Positions 9,713 to 20,355 are shown, numbered from the stretch's first letter. The stretch: 64,000 bases of DNA from Sedimentisphaerales bacterium (GCA_963666285.1 OY762711.1), one strand, 5' to 3'. Made by a program: numbers and translations. The notes: generated by a model from the sequence alone, not told the origin.

Positions 9713-12250
9713 ATGTATAATAAATCGATTTATATTACAGCATTGCTGGTTTTAATTATGTCAACTTTTGTGGCAGGAGATCACATTAAGGTTGACTTTG
9801 ATGCTCGCTACGATGCAACTGCCGCCGATTTTTTATCTTGGCAGGCGGCAGATGGAGCTACTAAAACATTTGGCGATGTAACAGTTACTTTGAGCTTTGA
9901 AAATCCTGCTTATTCTCATGGGAAAATCAGCTGGTATAATAAAGATGGCTTAAATAATTATGAACTGGCGATGGATTGCTTGTATGTAAACTTTGATGAT
10001 GGTACTCAGAGTCACCCCAGCTATCTCAATACGCCGCTTATTCTGAAAATCTCAGGTTTAACCGAAGGCAGCCATACTTTTATCACGTATCATAACGCGC
10101 CTTGGCCTGAGAGTAAGTACAGCAGAACAATTGCCCCGTGCAGGATATATGCTGACGGTGTAGAAATATTAACCGTTCAACCTTCTCAGTATGTGACCAA
10201 TGACAATGATGTGGAAAGCACCTTCTTTACTTTTTCTGCAGTTGAAGGTCAACAAGTTGAAATTAAAATCGAACCTTATGGTGATGAGGCAACCCAGATT
10301 TGTTCGGCGATATTGAACGGTTTTGAAATTGATAATCTGGCTTCTGTTGACAGTTACGCTGCCGAACCGGTTCCGTCAGACGGCAATATGCATGTATATG
10401 CCAATAACGATGCTGCTGTTGCCGGTTCTTTTGGTAGCGGCCACACTCAGATTAGCTGGACACCTTCCGAATTCGCTGAATACCAGGATATTTATTTTGG
10501 TATCGATGAAGATGTAGTTACTAATGCAGATACTAATACTTCGGGTATTTATAAAGGAAGGCAAACATCCTCAGAATCTTTTTGGAATGCTGCAGGACTG
10601 AATAGTAAAGATACTTACTATTGGCGTATTGATACGGTTAAAGCTGATGATTCTGTTACCAAAGGTTATGTCTGGTCGTTCAAAACCAGGCACCTGGCTT
10701 ATTCGTCTGCCGAAGGTTACGGCAGGTTTGCTACCGGCGGTCGTTATGGAAAAGTTGTTGAAGTGACTACCCTGGAAGATTATGACCCGGGTTCAGAGTC
10801 GATTATTGACGGTAGTTTGCGGAAAGCTATCGAAGTTGAAAAATATCCGCGTATTATCGTTTTCAGGGTTGGTGGTACAATATTTCTTAAGGCCAAACTT
10901 GTTATCCCTTCTGACGGCGGTGATGTATATGTTGCCGGTCAGACGGCGCCGGGTGAAGGCATTTGTGTTGCCCGCTATCCTTTTGGTATGCTTGGGGCAA
11001 ACGATGCAATAATTCGTTTTATACGTACTCGTGTTGGTGACTATGCCCAGATATCATTGGATGGAATGGGTATGGCCAGCTCTGACCACTGCATTATTGA
11101 CCATTGTTCTATAAGCTGGAGTATTGATGAAGGGCACAGCTCTCGTTCTGCACATAATATTACATTTTCTTATAATATTATTGCGGAAGCTCTGAATAAT
11201 TCCTATCAGTATGCCAATCATTCTTTTGCTGCTTCCATTGGCGGTGGAATTGGCAGTTATCATCATAACCTGCTTGCTCACTGTACCGGTCGAAACTGGT
11301 CTCTTGCCGGTGGTTTGGACCAGAGCGGGCAGTACGACGGATATTGCGATATTCGCAATAATATTGTTTATAACTGGAAAGATCGCACCACCGATGGCGG
11401 TGTATACAGGTGTAATTTTGTCAATAACTTTTATATTCCAGGGCCTGTCACTACTCTGTTTTTGCTTATGCGTCCGGATGGTGATCAGATGGGAACCGGT
11501 GATCCGCAAATGTTCTATATTGTTGGTAACAAGCTGGAAGGTTATCCTCATTTTGATGCTGACAATTGGGATGGTGTTTCGCCGAATTATGCTGTTGAAG
11601 CTGAAATCCGAAGTGATGAACCTTTTTACCCATCCTATACGACCACCGAGTCTGTTGAAGATGCATATACAAATGTCTTAAATAATGTTGGTGCTATTCG
11701 TCCTCAAAGGGACGCAATTGATACCAGGATAATAGATGATGTTGTCAACCGCAGCTTTACCTATCGCGGCAGCAAAGATAATCTGCCCGGCATCATTGAC
11801 AGCCAGGAAGATGTTGGCGGATACCCTGTATATGCCGGTGGTCCGGTTCCGGATGACACAGATCATGATGGTCTACCCAACTGGTGGGAAGAATTGTATA
11901 ACCTGAATCCGAATTCATCGGAAGGTGATTTTTCTGATACCAACGGCGATCCTGACCTGGATGGATTTACCAATATGGATGATTATCTGGAATATCTTGC
12001 CCAGGGCGGTAACCCGTTTTATAAATGTACTTCAGGCTTGACGGCGGACTTGGATGATAATTGTCAGGTAGATATTGATGATATTACTATAGTAGCATCC
12101 AATTGGCTGAAAGGCACAACCAGCCCGGTTTCTGGTGAGATCCCGGCTGATCTCGACAGTAATTCCAAGGTTGACTTGATTGATTTTGCTATTTTTGCCG
12201 CTGGATGGCTTAACTGCAATAGAAGCCCGGCATCTGAATGCTGGCAATAA
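9713..12250 (+). CDS. PL1 pectate lyase with N-terminal accessory modules and a C-terminal two-repeat dockerin-like domain
   Basis: AEGYGRFATGGRYG, VAGQTAPGEG, IIDHCSISWSIDE, GRNWSLAGG. C-terminal ADLDDNCQVDIDD...NWL and ADLDSNSKVDLIDFAIFAAGWL. Confidence 0.88.
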   Translation: MYNKSIYITALLVLIMSTFVAGDHIKVDFDARYDATAADFLSWQAADGATKTFGDVTVTLSFENPAYSHGKISWYNKDGLNNYELAMDCLYVNFDDGTQSHPSYLNTPLILKISGLTEGSHTFITYHNAPWPESKYSRTIAPCRIYADGVEILTVQPSQYVTNDNDVESTFFTFSAVEGQQVEIKIEPYGDEATQICSAILNGFEIDNLASVDSYAAEPVPSDGNMHVYANNDAAVAGSFGSGHTQISWTPSEFAEYQDIYFGIDEDVVTNADTNTSGIYKGRQTSSESFWNAAGLNSKDTYYWRIDTVKADDSVTKGYVWSFKTRHLAYSSAEGYGRFATGGRYGKVVEVTTLEDYDPGSESIIDGSLRKAIEVEKYPRIIVFRVGGTIFLKAKLVIPSDGGDVYVAGQTAPGEGICVARYPFGMLGANDAIIRFIRTRVGDYAQISLDGMGMASSDHCIIDHCSISWSIDEGHSSRSAHNITFSYNIIAEALNNSYQYANHSFAASIGGGIGSYHHNLLAHCTGRNWSLAGGLDQSGQYDGYCDIRNNIVYNWKDRTTDGGVYRCNFVNNFYIPGPVTTLFLLMRPDGDQMGTGDPQMFYIVGNKLEGYPHFDADNWDGVSPNYAVEAEIRSDEPFYPSYTTTESVEDAYTNVLNNVGAIRPQRDAIDTRIIDDVVNRSFTYRGSKDNLPGIIDSQEDVGGYPVYAGGPVPDDTDHDGLPNWWEELYNLNPNSSEGDFSDTNGDPDLDGFTNMDDYLEYLAQGGNPFYKCTSGLTADLDDNCQVDIDDITIVASNWLKGTTSPVSGEIPADLDSNSKVDLIDFAIFAAGWLNCNRSPASECWQ

Positions 12251-12271
12251 TATTACGTTAGGATTTTGAAA

Positions 12272-13798
12272 ATGGTTGCAGGTAGATATTTGTTAAAGTT
12301 TTTTGCTTTTTGTATTGCGATATTGTCTGTTAATGTCCTGCATGCAATTGACGCATTTCCTGGTGCCGAAGGTTTCGGTCGTGATGCAGAAGGCGGCAGG
12401 GGTGGAAAGGTATATATTGTAACTAATCTGGATGATTCCGGTCCCGGTTCTTTTCGCGACGCGGTAAGTAAAAGTAATCGTACTGTTGTATTTGCCGTTA
12501 GCGGTGTGATAAATATCAAGAGCAGGATTGTCGTGTCTGATCATATTACTATTGCCGGCCAGACCGCTCCCGGAGTTGGAGTTTGTGTGTACGGTAACGG
12601 GTTATCATTTTCCAGTGCTGACCATTCAATAGTCAGGTATATGCGTTTCCGAATGGGGGCAAATGGTTCTAAGGGAAAGGATGCCGTTGGTATTGCCAAA
12701 GGCAGTCCTATGATTTTCGACCATGTATCTGTTTCATGGGGGCGAGATGAAAACTTCTCAATTAGTGGTGAAGATGGTTTCTATACCATTCAAAACTCCA
12801 TTATATCCCAGGGGCTCCATTCTCATTCCTGCGGTGGTCTGATCCAGAATTGGGGGGGTGTCAGTATATTGTGTTGTCTTTATATTGATAATCATACTCG
12901 TAACCCCAAGGTGAAAGGGAATAATCAGTTTGTTAATAATGTCATTTATAACTGGCGGGTTGCAGGTTATATTTTAGGTGGTGGAAGCAGTGCCGAGTCA
13001 AACGCGAATGTTGTTGGAAACTATTTTATCAGCGGCCCCAATACCGGCAATACACCTGCCTTTACCCGGGCAAATGAGAACTTCAAACTGTTTGCCGAAA
13101 ATAACTACTATGATTCCAACCGTAATGGTCTACTTGATGGCAGTATTATCCCTCGTTCGGTATATGGTCCGGTAACCTGGCAGGATCAGAGATTCGATTT
13201 CCCGGAAATCTCTTGTATATTTTCTCCCGATACCGCTTATAAGATAGTAGTCTCCCAGGCTGGTGCGTCTCAGCCGGGACGTGATCCGGTTGATAGTTTC
13301 CTTATCCGGGAGCTGACAAGTCTTGGAAGTGAAGGAAATATTATTTCTGGTGAAGATCAAATTCCGACCAAAGGTCCCGGCATAATAAAGCAGGTCACGG
13401 GCCCGGACGATACTGATAAAGATGGAATGCCGGATTTCTGGGAAAAAGCCGTCAAGGGTTTAGATTTCGAAAAGCCTGACAATAATGGCGATATCAATAA
13501 TAATGGCTATACCAATTTAGAAGATTATATCAACTGGATGGCAATTTCTCATCTGGTTGTCAAAAAGGGTGAATCTGCCCAGATAAATCTGAAAGATTAT
13601 ACACAGGGTTTTGGCGAAAATGCTGAATATTCAATTATGAGCCAACTTCCTGGTGTTATGCTTTTAGATGATAAACATACCATACGGTTTGATTCATCCG
13701 GCAGGCAGCCTGGTATATATACCTTGGATTATGCTGTTTCTGATGACACTAATAAGCTTTTTCCCGGCATGATTAATGTGCTGGTGACTGCTGAGTAA
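12272..13798 (+). CDS. Compact PL1 pectate lyase
   Basis: AFPGAEGFGRDAEGGRGG, IFDHVSVSWGRDE, RNPKVKG. ATG 12272 follows AGGA (ORF track starts at TTG 12266). Confidence 0.9.
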   Translation: MVAGRYLLKFFAFCIAILSVNVLHAIDAFPGAEGFGRDAEGGRGGKVYIVTNLDDSGPGSFRDAVSKSNRTVVFAVSGVINIKSRIVVSDHITIAGQTAPGVGVCVYGNGLSFSSADHSIVRYMRFRMGANGSKGKDAVGIAKGSPMIFDHVSVSWGRDENFSISGEDGFYTIQNSIISQGLHSHSCGGLIQNWGGVSILCCLYIDNHTRNPKVKGNNQFVNNVIYNWRVAGYILGGGSSAESNANVVGNYFISGPNTGNTPAFTRANENFKLFAENNYYDSNRNGLLDGSIIPRSVYGPVTWQDQRFDFPEISCIFSPDTAYKIVVSQAGASQPGRDPVDSFLIRELTSLGSEGNIISGEDQIPTKGPGIIKQVTGPDDTDKDGMPDFWEKAVKGLDFEKPDNNGDINNNGYTNLEDYINWMAISHLVVKKGESAQINLKDYTQGFGENAEYSIMSQLPGVMLLDDKHTIRFDSSGRQPGIYTLDYAVSDDTNKLFPGMINVLVTAE

Positions 13799-13840
13799 TA
13801 TTTAAGATTTGAGTATTAATATAACGAAGGATTATTTGCA

Positions 13841-15940
13841 ATGAAAAAACTATTTTGCTTATTACTGCTTGTTAGTATGTCGCTTTCGGCATATGGCAAA
13901 ATCGACCGACATGCTTTAGTGAACAGGCATAATGTTAAAATTGATAAAATTCATGCTTTCTCTCCGCTTTCTGTTGGCAATGGAGCATTTGTCTTTACTG
14001 CTGATGTTACCGGCCTGCAGACTTTTCCTGATTCTTATGCTGATGGTATCCCGCTAACTACAATGGCGGAATGGGGGTGGCATTCTTTCCCTAATACCGA
14101 AGGATATAAACTGGAAGACTCATTAGTTATGATTGATACTTATGGCCGTGAGGTCTCATATAACCGCAAGCAGAAGTCACCGGCCGGCAGTTATCTGCGT
14201 GCTAATCCTCATCAGATAACCCTGGGGCACTTAGGGCTGGAACTGATCAAGAGAGACGGTTCTATTGCTTCTGCTGATGATGTAAAATCTATTGATCAGA
14301 CCTTGGACTTATGGCAGGGGCTACTTATCAGTAAGTTTGAAGTTGAAGGTACTCCGGTTACTGTCAAGACATGTGTGCATCCTCAGGTTGATCAGGTTGC
14401 TGTTAGTATAGAGTCTCAGCTTATTTCCGAATCTCGCTTGAGAGTGTTTCTTAAATTCCCTTATGCCGCAGGCTCGTGGGGCCGCGACCCGGCCGAATGG
14501 TCTGCTCCCGAAAAACATCAAACAACTATGACTCTGAAAGGTTCTGCCGGGGCTGTATTCAAAAGGGTTATGGACGATAAAGTCTATTATAGTTTCCTGT
14601 CAGTAGCATCCGGCTCACAGATAAGTGAGTCTGGTTCTCACCAGTATAAAATCACACCTTCAGAACAGTCAGATGCTTTTGAATGTTCTGTTTTATTCCA
14701 GGAATCGAGCAGAAACTCTGCTTTTAATGATTTTGAATCTATCGCAAAAGCTGCCAGTCAAAGCTGGCAAAATTTCTGGAATACCGGAGGTGCTGTTGAT
14801 CTGTCATTGAGCAAAGATCCTCGCTGGAAAGAGCTTGAACGGCGTATTGTACTGTCTCAGTATCTTACCGCGATCCAGTCAGTTCAGAAATATCCTCCGC
14901 AGGAATCCGGCCTCACATGTAACAGCTGGTTTGGCAAGTTCCATCTTGAAATGCACTGGTGGCATAGTGTCCATTTTGCTCTTTGGGATCGTCTGAATAT
15001 GTTAGAGACCAGTGTCGGCTGGTATAATGAGGCTTTGCCTGCTGCTCGAAAAATTGCTCAGCGGCAGGGATATAAAGGTGTTCGCTGGCCCAAGATGACT
15101 AATCCAAATGGGGAAGATTCACCTTCCGGTATTGGCCCGATGCTTATCTGGCAGCAGCCGCATCCGATATACTATGCCGAACTTATATATCGCCAAAAGC
15201 CTACTGATGAGACTTTGGACAAATATAAAGAGATTGTTTTGGAAACTGCTGAGTTTATGGCTGATTTTGCTCATTGGGATGATCAGAATAATAGATATGT
15301 ACTTGGACCTCCGGTAATACCGGCTCAGGAAAACTATGAACTTAGTGTTACCTGGAATCCTACCTATGAGTTGTGCTATTGGAACTGGGGACTCGAAACT
15401 GCCCAGAAATGGCGTGAGCGGCTCAATATGCCTCGGGATCAAAAATGGGACCAGGTTATCGGCAAGCTGTCAAAACTGCCGGTCAGGGAGGGTGTATACA
15501 CAGCTGTTGAGCCGGAACCATATACCAACATTACCGATCATCCTTCAATGCTTGCGGCATTGGGGTTACTACCGAAAACACCACTGGTTAACGTCGATAT
15601 TATGCGAAATACTGCCGAACATGTTTACAAGACATGGCAATGGCCTGATACCTGGGGTTGGGATTATCCGATGCTGGCTATGACTGCCGCACGGGTAGGG
15701 CTGCCGGAACTGGCGATTGATGCTTTCTTTATTGAATCGAAAAAGAATCTTTACTGGCCGAACGGCCACAATTACCAGCGTGAGAACCTGCCGACTTATC
15801 TGCCCGGTAATGGCGGTTTGCTTACCGCTGTTGCCATGATGGCGGCCGGGTGGGATGGTGCTCCGGATAAGAACGCACCAGGTTTTCCTGATAATGGACA
15901 GTGGACGGTACAATGGGAAGGGCTAAAAAGAATGCCTTAG
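13841..15940 (+). CDS. Secreted (alpha/alpha)6 glycoside hydrolase, GH65/GH95-like
   Basis: IDRHALVNRHN, LSVGNGAFVFTADVTGLQTF, PPQESGL, WFGKFHLEMHWWH, WGWDYP, YLPGNGGLL. Signal peptide. Confidence 0.65.
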   Translation: MKKLFCLLLLVSMSLSAYGKIDRHALVNRHNVKIDKIHAFSPLSVGNGAFVFTADVTGLQTFPDSYADGIPLTTMAEWGWHSFPNTEGYKLEDSLVMIDTYGREVSYNRKQKSPAGSYLRANPHQITLGHLGLELIKRDGSIASADDVKSIDQTLDLWQGLLISKFEVEGTPVTVKTCVHPQVDQVAVSIESQLISESRLRVFLKFPYAAGSWGRDPAEWSAPEKHQTTMTLKGSAGAVFKRVMDDKVYYSFLSVASGSQISESGSHQYKITPSEQSDAFECSVLFQESSRNSAFNDFESIAKAASQSWQNFWNTGGAVDLSLSKDPRWKELERRIVLSQYLTAIQSVQKYPPQESGLTCNSWFGKFHLEMHWWHSVHFALWDRLNMLETSVGWYNEALPAARKIAQRQGYKGVRWPKMTNPNGEDSPSGIGPMLIWQQPHPIYYAELIYRQKPTDETLDKYKEIVLETAEFMADFAHWDDQNNRYVLGPPVIPAQENYELSVTWNPTYELCYWNWGLETAQKWRERLNMPRDQKWDQVIGKLSKLPVREGVYTAVEPEPYTNITDHPSMLAALGLLPKTPLVNVDIMRNTAEHVYKTWQWPDTWGWDYPMLAMTAARVGLPELAIDAFFIESKKNLYWPNGHNYQRENLPTYLPGNGGLLTAVAMMAAGWDGAPDKNAPGFPDNGQWTVQWEGLKRMP

Positions 15941-16004
15941 CCAGCCAGTGTTTCTAGTTAAGATAGGTTTGTAGATAATAGATATTGTTGCAGAGGAATT
16001 TGTT

Positions 16005-18971
16005 ATGAGTAGGAAAGAATGTTTGGTAAGTGTATCTAAAAAGTCATACTTGGTTTTATTATTTATTGTTTGCCTGATTGGAATGTTTGGTGTTTCGTCA
16101 GCTGTCGCATCCCATGTTATGGAAAATCTCGACAGGGGGGTAGTTGCTGTCAGGACTGGCAATGGTATCTTTCTCAGCTGGCGTATGTTTGGTACCGACC
16201 CTGATAGTATCGGGTTTAATATATACTGCAATTCCACGCTGGTAAACACTTCTCCGATTACCGGCTCAACAAACTATATAGACCGATCCGGTAGTGTTAA
16301 TGATATATACCAGGTTGTGCCCGTTTTGCACGGTATCGAACTGGAGGCTGCTGAACCGGCGTCTGTCTGGGCCAATCAATACTTAGAAATACCTCTTCAG
16401 GTTCCTCCCTCAGGTACTACGCCTGCCGGAGCTAGTTATACCTACAGCCCCAATGATGCAAGTGTTGGTGATCTGGATGGTGACGGCCAGTATGAAATAG
16501 TGCTGAAATGGGATCCTTCAAATTCACAGGATAATTCTGTTTCCGGTTATACCGGCAATGTTTATCTTGATGCCTATGAGCTTGACGGCACAATGCTCTG
16601 GAGGATTGATTTAGGGGTAAATATTCGTGCCGGGGCACATTATACCCAGTTCATTGTATATGATCTCGACAGTGATGGTTTTGCCGAAGTTGCCTGCCGG
16701 ACTTCTGATGGTACTATTGACGGAATCGGTAATGCTATTGAAGATCCGAATGCTGACTATCGCCGTTCTGATGGATATATCTTTACCGGACCAGAATATC
16801 TGACTATATTTGACGGCATGACCGGGGCGGCAATCAGCAATTCAGATTTCTATCCCAACCGTGTTAACGTCAGCCAGTGGGGAGATGGCTACGGCAATCG
16901 CTGCGACCGTTTTCTGGCTGGTGTTGCCTATCTTGACGGTCGGTATCCTAGTTTGATTATGGCCCGCGGCTATTATGGCCCCAGGGGTGGTTATTCGGCT
17001 CGGAATGAAATTGTAGCTTATAACTGGAGAGATGGCACACTTGAGCAGGTGTGGTACTTTAAGGCCCATACTTCCGGTCCTAATGCCGATTATATTGGTC
17101 AGGGCTGCCACAGCCTGAGTATTAACGATGTTGACGGTGATGGCAGAGATGAAATAGTATATGGTTCATGTACTATTGATGACGATGGTACCGGTCTGTA
17201 TACGACCGGTTTAGGGCATGGTGATGCCCTTCATGTAGGTGATTTCAATCAGGACAACGGCGGGCTTGAAGTATGGCAATGCCATGAAGATTCTCCTTAT
17301 GGAGCTTCCTTGCGTAACGCGGATACCGGTGATATTATCTTCAGGTTTGAAGCTTCTGATGATACCGGTCGTGCCTGTGCCGGGGATATTACCGCAGACT
17401 ACAGTGGTACAGAGGTATGGGCCTCCGGTGGAGTACCGCTTTCTGCTGTATATGGAGTAAATCTCGGAAGTCATTCCAATCCGGTAAACTTTATGGTCTG
17501 GTGGGATGGCGACCTGCTCCGGGAATTCCTCGATAGCAATGTAATTAGCAAATACAAATATGGAACATTGTTAACTGCTGGTGGCTGCTCATCAAATAAC
17601 AGTACCAAGTCTACTCCCTGTCTTTCAGTTGATATACTCGGTGACTGGCGTGAAGAGGTAATTTGGCGTACCAGTGATAATAGTGCTATCCGAATTTATA
17701 CTACAACAATCGAAACCAGCCACCGCCTTTATACCCTGATGCACGATTCTCAATACCGGGTAAGTATTGCCTGGCAGAATACGGCATATAATCAGCCGCC
17801 GCATACCAGTTTCTTCCTTGGCGATCATATGAGCTATCTCCCTGTCCCGGATATTGAGCTGGTTGATGGCGCTGTTCCTGGTGAACCGGCAGTATTAAGT
17901 GAAATATGGTCTGATATTTCCGGTGATACAGTTAATGATCTAACGTCAAGTGCCGGTTATCCTGGCAGTCCGGATACGATTAATTATATCTCGAGTTTTG
18001 AAAAAACTGCTGATACAGCTGATAATTATGGTACTCGTTTAAGAAGTTACCTGGTACCTCCATCTGATGGTGATTACATTTTCTGGATTGCTGCCGATGA
18101 ATCTGCTGAATTATGGCTCAGCTCAGATGCGTTTGCCGCTAATGCCGCGAAAATTGCGTCTGTCTCAAGTGCCACAGAACCTCGGCTGTGGGATATTTTG
18201 CCTGAGCAGCAATCAGTAACTATTTCTCTGCTGGCAGGCAGAAAGTACTATATCGAGTTATTGTATAAGGAGTCTGTTGGTCATGACCATTATTCAGTTG
18301 CCTGGCAGGGACCAAATATCACCAGGCAGGTAATTACCAGTGATTACCTTGAACCTTGGGTATATATCGATTATTTGCGAGGCGATTTTAATAGCGATTA
18401 TGTGGTTAATCAAGCAGACCTTGCCGATTTCGGCGTCATATGGTTGGATTTCGACTGCGATTATGATATGAGTGTCGATTTTAACGGTGACTGTATTATT
18501 AATATTAGTGATTTCTCTGTTATTGCCGAAAGCTGGCTCGCCGATATTGCACCCCAGGTCATAACTAAGCTTATCCAGGAAAATGAGGACGGTTATATAG
18601 GTGTGTTTGATGGGTCCGTTGATAATAACAATGCCGACTTTACCGGGGCAGGTTTTGTCAATACAGATAATGCCTATGACCAGTACATAGAATGGCAGGT
18701 TGAGGCTCTTGCTGATGGCTATTGTCAGCTTCAATGGCGATATGCTAACGGTGCTTCGGCTAACAGGACCGGAGCCGTAAGTATAAATGGTAATACTCAG
18801 GTTCAGAATATTGATTTTACTGCAACAGGAAACTGGACTACCTGGGATACAGCATCTCCGGCTTCTGTTATGCTTTCTGAAGGAACCAATACCATTCGCC
18901 TTATTGCTGAAACATCGTCGGGCCTGGCCAATATCGATTGGTTTCAGATTACCGGTCCGGTTGCGGAATAA
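16005..18971 (+). CDS. Rhamnogalacturonan lyase PL11 (YesW/YesX-like) + PA14 + dockerin-like domain + CBM35
   Basis: MENLDRGVVAV, LSWRMFG, YSPNDASVGDLDGDGQYEIVLKWDP, IRAGAHYTQF, GHGDALH, DILGDWREEV, AWQNTAYNQPPH. PA14 motif FWIAADESAELWLS. Dockerin repeats at ~18381-18539. CBM35 at the C-terminus. Confidence 0.93.
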   Translation: MSRKECLVSVSKKSYLVLLFIVCLIGMFGVSSAVASHVMENLDRGVVAVRTGNGIFLSWRMFGTDPDSIGFNIYCNSTLVNTSPITGSTNYIDRSGSVNDIYQVVPVLHGIELEAAEPASVWANQYLEIPLQVPPSGTTPAGASYTYSPNDASVGDLDGDGQYEIVLKWDPSNSQDNSVSGYTGNVYLDAYELDGTMLWRIDLGVNIRAGAHYTQFIVYDLDSDGFAEVACRTSDGTIDGIGNAIEDPNADYRRSDGYIFTGPEYLTIFDGMTGAAISNSDFYPNRVNVSQWGDGYGNRCDRFLAGVAYLDGRYPSLIMARGYYGPRGGYSARNEIVAYNWRDGTLEQVWYFKAHTSGPNADYIGQGCHSLSINDVDGDGRDEIVYGSCTIDDDGTGLYTTGLGHGDALHVGDFNQDNGGLEVWQCHEDSPYGASLRNADTGDIIFRFEASDDTGRACAGDITADYSGTEVWASGGVPLSAVYGVNLGSHSNPVNFMVWWDGDLLREFLDSNVISKYKYGTLLTAGGCSSNNSTKSTPCLSVDILGDWREEVIWRTSDNSAIRIYTTTIETSHRLYTLMHDSQYRVSIAWQNTAYNQPPHTSFFLGDHMSYLPVPDIELVDGAVPGEPAVLSEIWSDISGDTVNDLTSSAGYPGSPDTINYISSFEKTADTADNYGTRLRSYLVPPSDGDYIFWIAADESAELWLSSDAFAANAAKIASVSSATEPRLWDILPEQQSVTISLLAGRKYYIELLYKESVGHDHYSVAWQGPNITRQVITSDYLEPWVYIDYLRGDFNSDYVVNQADLADFGVIWLDFDCDYDMSVDFNGDCIINISDFSVIAESWLADIAPQVITKLIQENEDGYIGVFDGSVDNNNADFTGAGFVNTDNAYDQYIEWQVEALADGYCQLQWRYANGASANRTGAVSINGNTQVQNIDFTATGNWTTWDTASPASVMLSEGTNTIRLIAETSSGLANIDWFQITGPVAE

Positions 18972-19028
18972 TATGTTTTTTCAAACTGACCATCGAATAG
19001 TTTGAGTAATTAATTAAAGGAATATCTT

Positions 19029-20210
19029 ATGATTGACAGAATTGTGAAGAGGAACTTGCCGAAAATAAGTATTATATTATTTCTCTGTTCTGTGTTTTTT
19101 GTTAGCTCTTGTACTTCTACAAAGCAGACTAAAGTATTAATGAAAGACTTTCCCGCGGCGAAAGAAGTATTGGCTGATATGGAACTGGCCAATAAATATT
19201 TCATGGACAAATGGCCTGATCCCGGCAAACCTATAGTTACCAATAAGAAACGCCCCAGCAATATCTGGACACGTGGCACCTATTACGAAGGCCTTATGGC
19301 ATTGTATGGAATTGACCCGCAAAAAGCTTATTATGACTATGCCGTTGAATGGGGTGAATTTCATAAATGGGGTCTGAGAAACGGAAACGCTACCCGTAAT
19401 GCCGATGACCAGTGCTGCGGTCAGACTTATATTGACCTGTATTTAATTGATCCCAAACCTGAACGAATAGCAAATATTAAAGATAATATTGATAGAATGG
19501 TCAATAGCACCCAGGTTGACGACTGGTGGTGGATTGATGCCCTTCAAATGGCGATGCCTGTCTTTGCCAAACTTGGTGTTATCTATAATGACAATAAATA
19601 CTTTGAAAAGATGTATGAGATATATAACTACACCAAAGTTTCACATGGCGATAACGGCTTGTATAACCCTCAACATGGTCTCTGGTGGCGTGATAAGGAT
19701 TACGATCCGCCGTTTGTTACGCCCAATGGCAAAGACTGCTACTGGTCACGCGGCAACGGCTGGGTGATCGCGGCAATGGCCAGGGTTATCGATATTATGC
19801 CGAAAAATGCTCCGCATCGGGATGAGTATTTGAATATGTTCAAGGTTATGGCAGAGGCTCTTATCCCTTTGCAAAGAACTGATGGGTTCTGGAATGTCAG
19901 TTTGCATGATCCGGATCATTTTGGCGGCAGGGAAACTACCGGTACCGCTTTCTTTGTATATGCTATGGCATGGGGTGTCAATCAGGATATTCTTGACAGA
20001 GAGACTTACCTGCCGGTAATCGCAAAAGGGTGGAATGCCATGGTTAATGATGCCCTGCATGATAACGGCTTTCTGGGCTATGTGCAAAGTACAGGCAAAG
20101 AACCGGAAGCCGGTCAGCCGGTAACTTATGACAAGATACCGGACTTTGAGGATTACGGTCTGGGTGCCTTCCTTCTTGCTGGCAGTGAAGTTTACCGGCT
20201 GGTAAAATAG
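19029..20210 (+). CDS. Unsaturated rhamnogalacturonyl hydrolase, GH105 (probable lipoprotein)
   Basis: NIWTRGTYYEG, NADDQCCGQ, WWWIDALQMAMP, WSRGNGWV, ETTGTAFF, YGLGAFLLAG. Possible lipobox VSSC. Confidence 0.92.
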   Translation: MIDRIVKRNLPKISIILFLCSVFFVSSCTSTKQTKVLMKDFPAAKEVLADMELANKYFMDKWPDPGKPIVTNKKRPSNIWTRGTYYEGLMALYGIDPQKAYYDYAVEWGEFHKWGLRNGNATRNADDQCCGQTYIDLYLIDPKPERIANIKDNIDRMVNSTQVDDWWWIDALQMAMPVFAKLGVIYNDNKYFEKMYEIYNYTKVSHGDNGLYNPQHGLWWRDKDYDPPFVTPNGKDCYWSRGNGWVIAAMARVIDIMPKNAPHRDEYLNMFKVMAEALIPLQRTDGFWNVSLHDPDHFGGRETTGTAFFVYAMAWGVNQDILDRETYLPVIAKGWNAMVNDALHDNGFLGYVQSTGKEPEAGQPVTYDKIPDFEDYGLGAFLLAGSEVYRLVK

Positions 20211-20302
20211 ATCACCGCTTAACAGGCACCTGAAACTGACAAATATAATGTCTGACATCTTTTAAACTGACCATAAGTCAATTTGAGTTAATCGTTTTTT
20301 AT

Positions 20303-20355
20303 AGACTCTGATAAAGGACAGTTCTCTAAGTGCTGAATTGCTTTTATCAGGGTCT
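20303..20355. terminator. Hairpin between convergent GH105 and GH106 transcription units
   Basis: AGACTCTGATAAAGG...CTTTTATCAGGGTCT inverted repeat (with G-U pairs). Confidence 0.55.
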
